Shown here: piece by piece, positions 7,934 through 16,834 of the stretch
Numbering within the stretch: position 1 is the stretch's first letter
Layout of the letters: each line of letters begins with the position of its first letter
Assembly: GCA_018823325.1 (NCBI GenBank)
Contig: JAHJIJ010000017.1
Location: 3,696-35,695, forward strand
Direction: 5' to 3'
Length of the DNA: 32,000 nucleotides
Source of the DNA: Alphaproteobacteria bacterium
GTDB taxonomy: Bacteria; Pseudomonadota; Alphaproteobacteria; Sphingomonadales; Sphingomonadaceae
The notes under the pieces: generated by a model
Told to the model about the DNA's origin: nothing
Databases searched by the model: none
Seen by the model: the letters and a program-made list of their open reading frames with translations, nothing else
Position numbers and translations under genes: made by a program

Positions 7934-8171
7934 CCGCAGTTCGTGGCAGGCAGGGCCAGCCACGGCTTCATCTATCAATTCAACCGGCGGAATCAGATTG
8001 TGAACTTTCGCCGTCAAGCGACTCCACTGACTCGGCAATTCGCTGCCACTTCACCTGACGGGTGAAGCGCTCGGCTCGGGCTGAAGGGGAAAAGGGGCGC
8101 CGGCCGCAGCCTTGAGGGCGGGATCGTTCCGGCCGGCGCTCTCCTAAAAGCTAACTGCGAAAGATGAACAA

Positions 8172-8492
8172 ATGACTGACTTCGGCCATGATGGCGGGGT
8201 GACCTCCGCGCGTCTGATCGGTGCTGTCGCGGGCTCCGCGATCTCGCTGGTCTATCTCCTCCCCAAACATCGCCGCGAGGCGGCCGTGCGTTTTCTGACC
8301 GGGGTTGCCTGCGGGCTGATCTTCGGCGGGCCGACGGGTCTCTGGGGCGCCGGACAGCTGGGGCTTGAGGGCCGGTTGTCGACGGCGGAGATCATGCTGG
8401 CGGGGGCGACATTGGCGTCGTTTACCGCCTGGTGGGGGCTCGGTGTTCTCGTGCGGCTGACGGGCCGGGCGGGAGACAGGGTGGGTAGGTGA
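8172..8492 (+). CDS. Small membrane protein with three predicted TM helices
   Basis: 106 aa with three hydrophobic stretches. Sits in the portal-protease gap. I recall a conserved small membrane ORF at this position in Rhizobiales GTA loci but cannot verify it. Confidence 0.5.
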   Translation: MTDFGHDGGVTSARLIGAVAGSAISLVYLLPKHRREAAVRFLTGVACGLIFGGPTGLWGAGQLGLEGRLSTAEIMLAGATLASFTAWWGLGVLVRLTGRAGDRVGR

Positions 8493-8496
8493 CGCA

Positions 8497-8945
8497 GTGA
8501 CCCCTCATCCTGAGGAGCCCCTGCGCAGGCAGGGGCCTCGAAGGATCGCGCTTCGTTCTTATCGGTGGCCCTAACCCTTCGAGGCCCGCGCGGTGCGCGG
8601 GCACTTCAGGGTGAGGGCGATGGGGGACGCCGGTCTCTACCCTCCCCTTGACGGGGAGCCGGGAGCGGTTGTGTGACCGCCTCTCCCCTTGGGGAGAGGA
8701 TCGCCGAGCGCAGCGGAGGCGAGGTGAGGGGGCGGATCGGCGAGGCGTCGAAGGTTCAACGTAAGCTTCGCTCCCCCTCATCCCCGGTGCAACAAGTTGC
8801 ACCTGAGACCTTCGGGCACCTTCTCCCCGCTGGGGAGAAGAGGGAGGGACCCGCCGCTGCCGTGCCAACCGTTCTGCGTCCGCACGTCACCCCCACCCGC
8901 CGCATTGCGGCGACCTCCCCCTCAAGGGGCAGGCAGGTGGGCACC
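8497..8945. repeat. Composite GC-rich hairpin repeat block B1
   Basis: Modules 'cccctcatcctgaggagcccctgcgcaggcaggggcctcgaagg', 'gtgaccgcctctccccttggggagagg..', 'ctccccgctggggagaag' and 'cacccccacccgccgc..ggcgacctccccctcaagggg' are shared with blocks at 10914, 15775, 16995 and 20262. Confidence 0.8.
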
Positions 8946-9000
8946 GCCTTTGCGCGTCGCAAGGAGACCAAACCAAATCAACATCACGAGGAGACAAGCC

Positions 9001-9576
9001 ATGCAGGCTTTGGAAACGGCGGGTGCGCCGCGGTTTTGGTATGCCGGGCTGACGCTGAAGGGCGTGGCGGGCGACGGGCGGTTTTCGGGTTATGCGAGCC
9101 TGTTCGGCGAGGTCGATCTTGGCCGCGATGCGATCGAGCCCGGGGCCTTTGCCGCGTCGCTGACGAAGCGCGGGGCGGGCGGTGTGCGCATGCTTTTTCA
9201 GCATGATCCGGCCGAGGTGATCGGCCGCTGGACCGTGATCCGCGAGGATGAGCGGGGGCTTTATGTCGAGGGCAGGCTCGCGACCGATGTCGGCCGCGCC
9301 CGCGAGGTGCATGCGCTGATGAAGGCCGGGGCGCTGGACGGCCTCTCGATTGGGTTTCGCGCGGTGAAAACGAGAGGCGACCGCAAGACCGGGGTGCGGC
9401 GCATCCTGGAGGCCGATCTCTGGGAGATCTCGGTGGTGACCTTTCCCATGCTGCCGACGGCGAGGGTCTCCAATGTCAAGCACAGGCGGTTCTACCGCGA
9501 CAGGGAAACCGAGCTTGTCCGGCTGATGCGCCGGGCGGCTCGCTCGATGGCGAACAATCACTTCACGAAAGGATGA
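9001..9576 (+). CDS. HK97-family prohead protease (RcGTA g4-like)
   Basis: '...GYASLFGEVDLGRD.I.PGAF...ML.QHD....IG.W......GL.V.G.L' pattern. SD gaggag 8 nt upstream of ATG 9001. The track start at 8797 lies in repeat B1. Confidence 0.9.
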   Translation: MQALETAGAPRFWYAGLTLKGVAGDGRFSGYASLFGEVDLGRDAIEPGAFAASLTKRGAGGVRMLFQHDPAEVIGRWTVIREDERGLYVEGRLATDVGRAREVHALMKAGALDGLSIGFRAVKTRGDRKTGVRRILEADLWEISVVTFPMLPTARVSNVKHRRFYRDRETELVRLMRRAARSMANNHFTKG

Positions 9577-10913
9577 GCGACATGGAAGACGCGATGATGA
9601 CGGGTGAGGGCATGATGGGGCAGGACATGACGGATGCGGCGGGCGGGCGGCGCGCCAGGCGGGCGAAGGGCGCGCCGGCCAGGCTCGCTCCGGAAGTGAA
9701 GGCGGCGCCCGATACGGTGACGGCGGCCTTTGCCGAATTCATGAATGCCTTCGAGGCTTTCAAGGAGGCGAATGACGAGCGGCTCGGCGAGATCGAGGAG
9801 AAGCTTTCGAGCGATGTCGTGACCCGCGACAAGGTCGAGCGGATCAACAAGGCGATCGACGAGCAGAGCCGGCTTCTCGACGAACTCGTGCTGAAAAAGC
9901 GCCGCCCGGCGCTGGAGCGGCCCGGCCGCGACGAGGCGGGGCTTGCCGAACACAAGGCGGCCTTCGAGGCCTATGTCCGGCGCGGCGATGATGCAGCGCT
10001 GCGTGACCTCGACCAGAAGGCGCTGTCGGCGGGAGTTTCCGGCGATGGCGGTTATCTGGTGCCGCAGCAGGTGGACGAGGAGATTGGCCGCCGGCTGAGG
10101 GTCATCTCGCCGATCCGGTCGCTGGCAACCGTGCGCCAGGTCTCGGGCGCGGTGCTGAAGAAGCCGTTTGCTGCCTCGGGTTTTGCCTCGGGCTGGGTGG
10201 CGGAGACGGCGGCGCGCACGCAGACCGGCACGCCGGAACTGGCCGAACTCGCCTTCCCGACCATGGAGCTCTATGCCATGCCGGCGGCGACCCAAGGCCT
10301 GCTCGACGATGCGGCTGTCGATATCGAGGCCTGGATTGCGGCGGAAGTCGACATCGCCTTTGCCGAACAGGAAGGCGAGGCCTTCGTGTCGGGTGACGGC
10401 GTGCTGAAGCCGAAGGGGTTCCTGGCCTATGACCAGGTGGATGACGGCGCCTGGGAATGGGGCAAGATCGGCACCGTTGCCACGGGGGCGGCGGGGGCTT
10501 TCGCGGCAAGCGGTGCATCCGATGTGCTGATCAACGTGGTCTATGCGCTGAAGGCGGGACACCGGCAGAACGGCACCTTCGTCATGAGCCGCCGCAGCCA
10601 GGGCGCGGTGCGCAAGTTGAAGGATGCCGACGGCAACTATCTCTGGGCACCGCCAGCGCGCGCCGGTGATCCGGCCTCGCTGATGGGCTTCCCGGTCGCC
10701 GAATCCGAGGACATGCCGGAGATTGCGGCCAATGCGACGGCGATCGCCTTCGGTGATTTCCGGGCGGGCTATCTCGTGGTGGATCGCGTCGGTGTGCGGG
10801 TGCTGCGCGATCCCTATTCGGCGAAACCTTACGTGCTGTTTTACACCACCAAGCGCGTCGGCGGCGGCGTGCAGGACTTCGAGGCGATCAAGCTGGTGAA
10901 GTTCGGGGCGTGA
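9573..10913 (+). CDS. HK97-family major capsid protein (RcGTA g5-like)
   Basis: 446 aa. N-terminal coiled delta-like region, then 'GGYLVPQQ', '..FPTMELYAMPAATQGLLDD' and 'DADGNYLW'. ATGA overlap with the protease stop. Confidence 0.92.
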   Translation: MSDMEDAMMTGEGMMGQDMTDAAGGRRARRAKGAPARLAPEVKAAPDTVTAAFAEFMNAFEAFKEANDERLGEIEEKLSSDVVTRDKVERINKAIDEQSRLLDELVLKKRRPALERPGRDEAGLAEHKAAFEAYVRRGDDAALRDLDQKALSAGVSGDGGYLVPQQVDEEIGRRLRVISPIRSLATVRQVSGAVLKKPFAASGFASGWVAETAARTQTGTPELAELAFPTMELYAMPAATQGLLDDAAVDIEAWIAAEVDIAFAEQEGEAFVSGDGVLKPKGFLAYDQVDDGAWEWGKIGTVATGAAGAFAASGASDVLINVVYALKAGHRQNGTFVMSRRSQGAVRKLKDADGNYLWAPPARAGDPASLMGFPVAESEDMPEIAANATAIAFGDFRAGYLVVDRVGVRVLRDPYSAKPYVLFYTTKRVGGGVQDFEAIKLVKFGA

Positions 10914-11260
10914 GGGTGGCGTGCCCCTCCGCTTGAGGGCGAGGTGGTTTTGCGGCCGCGTGACCGCCTCTCCCCTCGGGGAGAGGAACGCCGAGCGCAG
11001 CGGAGGCGAGGTGAGGGGGCGGTTCGGCGAAGCGTCGAATAGTAAGCCTGAGCTTCGCTCCCCCTCATCCCCGGTGCAAAAAGTTGCACCTGAGCGCTGC
11101 GCGCCACTTTCTCCCCGCTGGGGAGAAGAGAGGGAGGCCCGCCACCGCCCTCATGCTGAGGTGGGCGCGGAGCGCCCCTCGAAGCATCCATCTCTCAACT
11201 CTTCAGGGTGGCCTCGCCCTTCGAGGCCGGGCGTGGCCCGGCGCCTCAGGGTGAGGGGCT
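10914..11260. repeat. Composite GC-rich hairpin repeat block B2
   Basis: A ~150-nt stretch (10958-11125) aligns with 8673-8835 of B1. It ends with 'ggcctcgcccttcgaggccgggcgtggcccggcgcctcagggtgagggg'. Confidence 0.8.
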
Positions 11261-11289
11261 ACCTGCAATTCGTTTTCAAGGAACCTCCC

Positions 11290-11859
11290 ATGACCATCAT
11301 CGAACTCACTCCACCCGCTGTGGAGCCGCTGACGCTTATCGAGATCAGGGCGCATCTGAGGCTCGATACGGAGGAGGAGGATGCGCTGCTTTCAGCGCTT
11401 GCCATCGTCGCCCGCGAGCATCTGGAGCGGGAGACGGGGCTGGTGCTGGCGGAAAGGAATTTCCGGCTCTGCCTCGACGACTGGCCGGCGGACGGAATTG
11501 TGACCATTCCGCGTGGGCCTGTCAGGGTGGTAACCGCGGTGACCGTCTATGATGGCGAGGGTGAGCCGCAGGCTGTGGATCTCGATGGCCACTTGCTCGA
11601 CGGTCAGGCGCGTCCAGCGCGGCTCTGGCTGCGGGACGTGCCTGAGCCGGGGCGGGCGATGAACGGGATCGAGGTGGAATTGTCAGCCGGCTTCGGCGAG
11701 AGCGGCGCGGATCTACCGGAGACGCTGAAGCGGGCGATGCTCACGCATGTCGCGGCGATGTATGCCTGCCGCGGTGCGGTCGCGGTCGAGGCGCAGCCGG
11801 CTATTGTGCCGCCCGGTTACGAGCGGCTGATTGCACCCTTCTGCCGGCGTGGGCTCTGA
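11290..11859 (+). CDS. Head-tail connector protein (gp6-like; RcGTA g6-like)
   Basis: 189 aa. 'EPLTLIEIRAHLRLD...DALLSALAIVAREHLERETG' is the typical gp6-like N-terminus. Position after the capsid gene fits. Confidence 0.8.
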   Translation: MTIIELTPPAVEPLTLIEIRAHLRLDTEEEDALLSALAIVAREHLERETGLVLAERNFRLCLDDWPADGIVTIPRGPVRVVTAVTVYDGEGEPQAVDLDGHLLDGQARPARLWLRDVPEPGRAMNGIEVELSAGFGESGADLPETLKRAMLTHVAAMYACRGAVAVEAQPAIVPPGYERLIAPFCRRGL

Positions 11860-11861
11860 TC

Positions 11862-12197
11862 ATGGCGATGATGGATATCGATGCCGGGCGGCTGACGGCG
11901 CGGCTGGTGCTGGAGCGACCGGATGTGGTCGAGGACGGGCAGGGCGGGGCGGTGACGGGCTTCGTTGAAATTGCCCGCGTCTGGGCACTGGTCGAGCCGC
12001 GCAGCTTTGCCGAAGAGGAAAAGGGGCCGGGGCTTGTGGCGAGCGTCACGCATCATGTGACGGTGCGCTCGCGTGGCGATCTCGTGGCCGGGCAGCGATT
12101 TCGCAAAGGCGCGCGGGTGTTCGAGATCCAGGCCGTGCGCGATCCCGACGAGACGGGCCGGTTTCAGCTGGCGCTTTGCCGCGAGGTGACGGGATGA
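11862..12197 (+). CDS. Head-tail adaptor / head closure protein (RcGTA g7-like)
   Basis: 111 aa. '..DGQGG......VWA.VEP........HHVTVR........R......F.I..V.D' pattern and conserved position. Confidence 0.8.
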   Translation: MAMMDIDAGRLTARLVLERPDVVEDGQGGAVTGFVEIARVWALVEPRSFAEEEKGPGLVASVTHHVTVRSRGDLVAGQRFRKGARVFEIQAVRDPDETGRFQLALCREVTG

Positions 12198-12430
12198 GCC
12201 GCGGCGCCGGACAAGGGCGCGGATCCGGGCGGCGGGGCGTGGCGCTGGAGGAGACGGGCACGCAGCTTGCCGCGATCTTGCGGCGGGCGCTGGCAGTCCG
12301 TGTGGCAAAGCGCAGCGAGCCGGCATCGAAAGACGGGGGCTCGATGGAGCCGGATGGGTCGGCAACCGACGGACTGGGCGCTGACGGACGCTATAACCGG
12401 GTGACGGGTGAGGCGCAGACGGGCCGCTAG
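12194..12430 (+). CDS. Hypothetical Gly/Arg-rich ORF, translationally coupled to the adaptor gene
   Basis: ATGA overlap with the g7-like stop. 78 aa, low complexity, no recognisable motif. Could be non-coding. Confidence 0.2.
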   Translation: MSRGAGQGRGSGRRGVALEETGTQLAAILRRALAVRVAKRSEPASKDGGSMEPDGSATDGLGADGRYNRVTGEAQTGR

Positions 12431-12520
12431 GCAAATGGAAGCTTCGCGGACACCGGCTGTGCGCGAGGGGCACAAAGGCGCCGGTAGGTGTTGCTTGGCA
12501 CAGCTTGGGGAGACTGGAAT

Positions 12521-12919
12521 ATGACGAATGCGGTCAATGCCTTGCTTGCAGCGCTTCAACAGGCGGTCAAGGCGGACACGGCGCTGATGACCGCGCTCGG
12601 ACCCCAGGGACTGTCCGACCGGACGATCCGGCCGCAACGCTTTCCGGCACTTGTCGTCGGCGCGGTCGAGGCGCGGGATTTTTCAACCGGGGAGGCGGAC
12701 GAGGCTGAGATCCTGTTGACGCTCGAGGCCTGGAGCGCGGTGTCGCGCCGCGAGGCCGAAGGGCTGGTGGCGGAGGTGAGGCGGCTGGCCGACAGCTTGC
12801 CGGAGATGCTGGGTGAGTTTCGACTGGTCAACTTTCGCCACCGTCGGACGGTGAGCCGGCGCGAGGTGAAGACGGGGTTGTTCGTGGCCGAGGCCGCGTA
12901 TCGGGCGGTGGTGGAGTGA
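12521..12919 (+). CDS. DUF3168 tail-completion/terminator-like protein (RcGTA g8-like)
   Basis: 132 aa. Position before the major tail gene; alpha/beta pattern as in DUF3168. ATG 12521 preceded by ggggag. Confidence 0.7.
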   Translation: MTNAVNALLAALQQAVKADTALMTALGPQGLSDRTIRPQRFPALVVGAVEARDFSTGEADEAEILLTLEAWSAVSRREAEGLVAEVRRLADSLPEMLGEFRLVNFRHRRTVSRREVKTGLFVAEAAYRAVVE

Positions 12920-13079
12920 GGTAGCGAAGCTCGGAGCCGGGCGTCACGTGGGGCTGGGATGCCAGGTGTCTATGTTGGACCGCCTGCGGACAAATGGTTG
13001 TGTCCTCAGGGGTGCGGTGGCAGGCTTGTTTCTGTCGATTGACGTTCGATTCCATACATTTGCGTTGAAAGGAGTTTCG

Positions 13080-13604
13080 ATGAAACGGGCTTTTCTCTCC
13101 ATGGTCCTTTTGTCATCCACGCATTCGGTCAGTCTGGCATCGTCCTGCCCGTTGCCGGCCATGATCGATTTTTGCGTTACAGGTGCCGCCGACATCGAGC
13201 GCCTTCGAGAACTGGCGGAGCGACCAGGCTGGACCAAGGACGCAAACACAGACCGGGTGGATCGACCCATACCTCGATCTGGCTCGTTTACGGCCACCTC
13301 TCCTGACGGCTTTGCCTTCGCTGTATTCTATCAGGACTACGGTTCATTTGCGTCCGTGACCTGAACCTTCGAGGTCATGAGCTCCATCGGTGCCCTCGGC
13401 GGTACGACTGCCTGCGGCGCGCAGGAGGCTGAAACGTTCGAGACCGATCTTAAGACTGCTGTTACCGGCGAGATATCGAAGCAGACGAGTGATTTTGGCA
13501 ATGGCTTCATGATTCGAGGCGAGTCGATGTGGATGCGCGCGGTCGTCAGTGCGGACGGAGGTATCACCAGTGCCTGGACGGACAGTCACGCGCTGAAGCG
13601 CTGA
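13080..13604 (+). pseudogene. Secreted protein gene interrupted by one in-frame TGA (13362-13364)
   Basis: SD aaaggag before ATG 13080. Signal-peptide-like 'MKRAFLSMVLLSSTHSVSLASS'. ORFs 13080-13364 and 13377-13604 share one frame, separated only by TGA plus four sense codons. Confidence 0.4.
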
Positions 13605-13670
13605 CGACATCAAGACAACAAGGCTGTGGAACGCAAAGGCAGAATACTGTATCTTCGCGGTGGTTTTTCA

Positions 13671-14039
13671 ATGGGAAGATCCATGGGCGAGATCGCGCAG
13701 AGCTTGAGCGGGCGGGTGGCGGATCCTGAGAGGTTTCCGGAGCTGCAGACCTTGCTTGCGCGGATCGACGCGGCCTGCAATCCCATCGAGGTGATCCTTT
13801 ATGGGAGCCGTGCGCGCGGTGACGCCAACGCTCAGAGCGACTGGGATCTGAAGGTAATCGTTTCGGATGACGCGCCGGAGACGGTGATGTCGCCGCTGTT
13901 CGGCTGGCGTCTGCAGGAAGGCTCAGGGGTGCATGCAGACGTTTCCGTTGCGCGCCTTTCGGAATTCCAGGCGGACCTCGAAGTCGCAAATTCTGCGGCC
14001 AGCCATATCGTAGACGACGGTATCCTGCTTGTCCGCTGA
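13671..14039 (+). CDS. Minimal nucleotidyltransferase (MNT/MntA-like antitoxin)
   Basis: 'LYGSRARGDANAQSDWDL' matches the GSxxRGxxxxxSDxDL pol-beta-type NTase motif. Start is ambiguous (GTG 13626, ATG 13671 or 13683). Confidence 0.8.
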   Translation: MGRSMGEIAQSLSGRVADPERFPELQTLLARIDAACNPIEVILYGSRARGDANAQSDWDLKVIVSDDAPETVMSPLFGWRLQEGSGVHADVSVARLSEFQADLEVANSAASHIVDDGILLVR

Positions 14040-14478
14040 ACTGCATATCGCCAACGCGCTGCGGTTGGCGCGTGAGGATCTGGAGGCGGCGACCTTGCTT
14101 GCGGCTGCCGATAACCGCAATGACGCCTATCATGCACAACAGGCTGCGGAGAAAATGCTCCTGGCCCTTCTGACGGCGGAAGGTATCAGGGCCGAGCGCC
14201 GGGACAGCCACCGTATCGACGTGTTGCGGGAGCTTCTGCCCGACACGGATCCATTCAAGGCGCGGTTTGCAACACTGACTTTCTTGACGGTGTTCGCGAC
14301 CACCTATCGCTATCCCAAGGATGCCGGTCGAATTCCGGCGCGGGCCGAGCGCGTTGAATTGGAAGCGGCACTCGCAACGCTGAAGCAAATCCTGACCGAT
14401 CTCGCGGGGCATTTTGGCGTCGAGCTTCTCGCCTCGGATCGATTGCCAGCAGCGACGTCGAGCCCACCGCGCGCCTAG
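14029..14478 (+). CDS. HEPN-domain protein (HepT-like toxin partner of the MNT)
   Basis: Helical N-terminus 'ALRLAREDLEAATLL', 'AYHAQQAAEKMLLALL', and 'RAERRDSH' fitting R-x4-6-H. TTG start overlaps the MNT stop by 11 nt. Confidence 0.75.
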   Translation: MSAELHIANALRLAREDLEAATLLAAADNRNDAYHAQQAAEKMLLALLTAEGIRAERRDSHRIDVLRELLPDTDPFKARFATLTFLTVFATTYRYPKDAGRIPARAERVELEAALATLKQILTDLAGHFGVELLASDRLPAATSSPPRA

Positions 14479-15671
14479 ACCTTGACCTGTCCCCGCTTCG
14501 CAATCACCGCCAGCGCCAGGATGGCCGCGAAACCCGTGGTGGCGAAGAGGGTGGCAAGCACGAGGCCGGCATCGATGCCGGCGCGGTCGATGACGGCGGT
14601 CATCAGAACGGGGGCTGTCGCATTGGCGAGGTTTTGCGGCAGAGCGAGGCGCGCCGACTGGCGGGCGAAGCGGCTGGCGGAGAAGAAGGCGAGCGGCAGC
14701 GTGGCGCGGGCGAGTGTCGTGACGCCGGAGCCGAAGCCGTAGAGCGCGGTGAACATCAGCAGGCTCGAGGGCGTGCCGGATGAGAAGATCAAGAGCAGGG
14801 TGGAGCCCGTGAGCATGGCCATGCCGGCAAACCCGGTGGTCACAGGCGAGGAGCGCTTGCCGAGCACCAGATCGAAGGCGCGGGCGGCAATGCCGAAGAC
14901 GGCGCGCAGCGATCCGAGCTGTAGCGCCAGTGCCGGCGTGGCGCCGGAGAGTTCGAGGATATGCAGGAGCTGCGGCGAGAGACCAAAGGTCATCAGGCTG
15001 GCGAGCGAGGTCGAGAGCGCAATCATGAGGAAGGCAAGCGTCGCCATGCGACGGCTCAACTCCAGCGGTTCCCGGGCGTCTGCGGCGAGGTCCTCAGCCG
15101 AGCGGGTGATCGCGATGCGGCCGAGGGACAGATGGATCGGAAGCGCCAGCACGAGCTGCGCGGCGGCGGCGGCGAAAAGCGCGCCGCGCCAGCCGAAGGC
15201 CTCGCCGGCCAGCGTCAGAAGCGGCCAGCAGACCGCCGAGGAAAGCCCGGTGAAGATCATCAGTATGCCGATGGCGCGGCGGGAATTGTGGCCCTCGCGC
15301 TCGACGACGGCGGCAAAGGCCGGGACCATCAGGGCAAATGATCCGCCGGCGCCGAGGATCAGCCAGGCGATCGCATAGGTGACGATGCCGGTCGAGAGCG
15401 CCAGCATGGCAAGGCCGGATGCCATCAGGACCGAGCCCATGGCGAGCACGCGGGCAGCGCCATGACGGGCGATCATGCGGCCGGTCCAGGGGCCGAGAAA
15501 GGCCATGACGAGCATCATCACGGTGAGCCCGGCAAAGGCGGCCTCGTTGGCAAGTCCGAGATCGGACGCCATGGCCCGGCCGAAGACGGCCGGCATTTCA
15601 TAGGTCGTGCCCCAGCCAAGGATCTGCGAGACCGCAAGCGCGGCGACGAGGAGGGTGCGGGGCATGTTCAT
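14475..15671 (-). CDS. MFS transporter
   Basis: ~398 aa with about 12 hydrophobic segments. 'GRMIARHGAARVL'-type loop after TM2. Start at ATG 15671 or 15665. Confidence 0.8.
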   Translation of the reverse strand: MNMPRTLLVAALAVSQILGWGTTYEMPAVFGRAMASDLGLANEAAFAGLTVMMLVMAFLGPWTGRMIARHGAARVLAMGSVLMASGLAMLALSTGIVTYAIAWLILGAGGSFALMVPAFAAVVEREGHNSRRAIGILMIFTGLSSAVCWPLLTLAGEAFGWRGALFAAAAAQLVLALPIHLSLGRIAITRSAEDLAADAREPLELSRRMATLAFLMIALSTSLASLMTFGLSPQLLHILELSGATPALALQLGSLRAVFGIAARAFDLVLGKRSSPVTTGFAGMAMLTGSTLLLIFSSGTPSSLLMFTALYGFGSGVTTLARATLPLAFFSASRFARQSARLALPQNLANATAPVLMTAVIDRAGIDAGLVLATLFATTGFAAILALAVIAKRGQVKV

Positions 15672-15774
15672 GGAAGACTCGGGGGGAGGTTGCAATCGGC
15701 GGGAGTGTTTCTTCTAGGCCGGTTGCAGGGTGGGCGATAGGGTGAAATCTTGGGATGTGTGCGTGTTTGGGGGT

Positions 15775-15925
15775 GATCCACCCTCCCCTTGAGGGGGAGG
15801 GGCGGACCGCAGGTCCGGGGTGGGGTGATTCCGATTCCGGCTGTGCCCTTTCTGATGGTGGTCACCGCCACCCGCCGCTCTGCGGCGACCTCCCCCCTCA
15901 AGGGGGAGGTGGGAGCGCCGCCGGC
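15775..15925. repeat. GC-rich hairpin repeat block B3
   Basis: 'accctccccttgagggggagg.gcggac.gcaggtccggggtggggtga' is shared with 20262. 'caccgccacccgccgc..ggcgacctcccccctcaaggggg' is shared with 8886. Confidence 0.8.
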
Positions 15926-15970
15926 GCCTCGCCCGAAAACAATCACAGACATCATCAAAGGAGAGACGCC

Positions 15971-16378
15971 ATGGGCGCGCAGAAGGGCAAGGATCTGTTG
16001 CTGAAGGTCGAGGATGGGGCGGGGTTTGTGACGGTGGCGGGCTTGAGGGCCAGGCGTCTTGCCTTCAATGCGCAATCGGTTGACGTGACCGATAGTGAAA
16101 GCGCCGGGCGCTGGCGGGAGCTGCTGGAGGGGGCAGGTGTCAGGCGGGCCGGATTGACGGGCTCTGGCCTGTTCAAGGATGCCGCTTCCGATGCGCTGAT
16201 AAGGGCGGCCTTCTTTGCCGGTTCGATCCTGACCTATCAGGTGGTGATCCCGGATTTCGGCACGGTGACGGCGCCGTTTCAGGTGACGGCGCTGGATTAT
16301 GGCGGCAATCACGACGGCGAGGTGACCTTCGAGATCGCGCTGGAATCGGCCGGTGCCGTTTCCTTCGCGGCGCTGTGA
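15971..16378 (+). CDS. Phage major tail protein, TP901-1 family (RcGTA g9-like)
   Basis: 135 aa. 'GKDLLLKV.DG..F..VAGLR......N...VDVT...S..WRELL' pattern. SD aaaggag upstream. Confidence 0.88.
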   Translation: MGAQKGKDLLLKVEDGAGFVTVAGLRARRLAFNAQSVDVTDSESAGRWRELLEGAGVRRAGLTGSGLFKDAASDALIRAAFFAGSILTYQVVIPDFGTVTAPFQVTALDYGGNHDGEVTFEIALESAGAVSFAAL

Positions 16379-16385
16379 GGCGGCC

Positions 16386-16787
16386 ATGCGGGGCTATGAA
16401 CGCGAGATGCGCGAGCCGGTGACGGTCAACCGCGCCAACCGCCATCGCGGCGAGGTCGAAGGCGTCATCGACGGTGAGCGGCGCATCCTGTGTCTGACGC
16501 TCGGCGCGCTTGCCGAGCTCGAGACCGCTTTCGGCGCTGACAGTCTCACGGATCTCGCGACACGCTTTGCCGGCGGACGGCTGAAGAGCGCCGATCTGAC
16601 GCGTATCCTCGCCTGCGGATTGCGTGGCGGGGGCAACCGGGTTTCCGATACGGATGTCGCCGAGATGGCGGTCGAGGGCGGTGTAGCGGGTGCAGCGAAA
16701 CTGGTGGGCGAGTTGCTGGCCGTGACCTTCGGGGCCGAACCGGGCGCACAGGATCTGAGATCAGGCGAGGGCGGCAGCTCCCCTTGA
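16386..16787 (+). CDS. GTA tail assembly chaperone (RcGTA g10-like)
   Basis: 133 aa. 'NR.RGEV...IDGE.R.LCLTLGALAELE.AFG' is typical of the GTA family protein after the major tail gene. Confidence 0.8.
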   Translation: MRGYEREMREPVTVNRANRHRGEVEGVIDGERRILCLTLGALAELETAFGADSLTDLATRFAGGRLKSADLTRILACGLRGGGNRVSDTDVAEMAVEGGVAGAAKLVGELLAVTFGAEPGAQDLRSGEGGSSP

Positions 16788-16834
16788 GGGCCGCAGGCGG
16801 GCGAGCGGCGCGGCCGTTTCCCTGGGGATCGGTG

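Noticed and set aside
8673-9206. ORFs reading through the GC-rich repeat blocks (8422-8868, 8673-9206, 10841-11191, and the N-terminal extensions at 8797, 10921, 15755, 16984 and 20318).
   Set aside because: They consist of translated repeat modules (PLGERxAERSGGEVRG-type strings) that recur wherever the repeat recurs. The real genes have SD-preceded ATGs downstream.
13362-13364. Selenocysteine recoding of the in-frame TGA.
   Set aside because: No SECIS-like hairpin is evident immediately downstream, and the context is an AT-richer foreign islet. A nonsense mutation is the simpler explanation.
14475-14478. Overlap of the HEPN and MFS stop codons on opposite strands at CTAG.
   Set aside because: This is a trivial consequence of the palindromic tetranucleotide. 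I note it only as a probable island boundary, not as a functional element.
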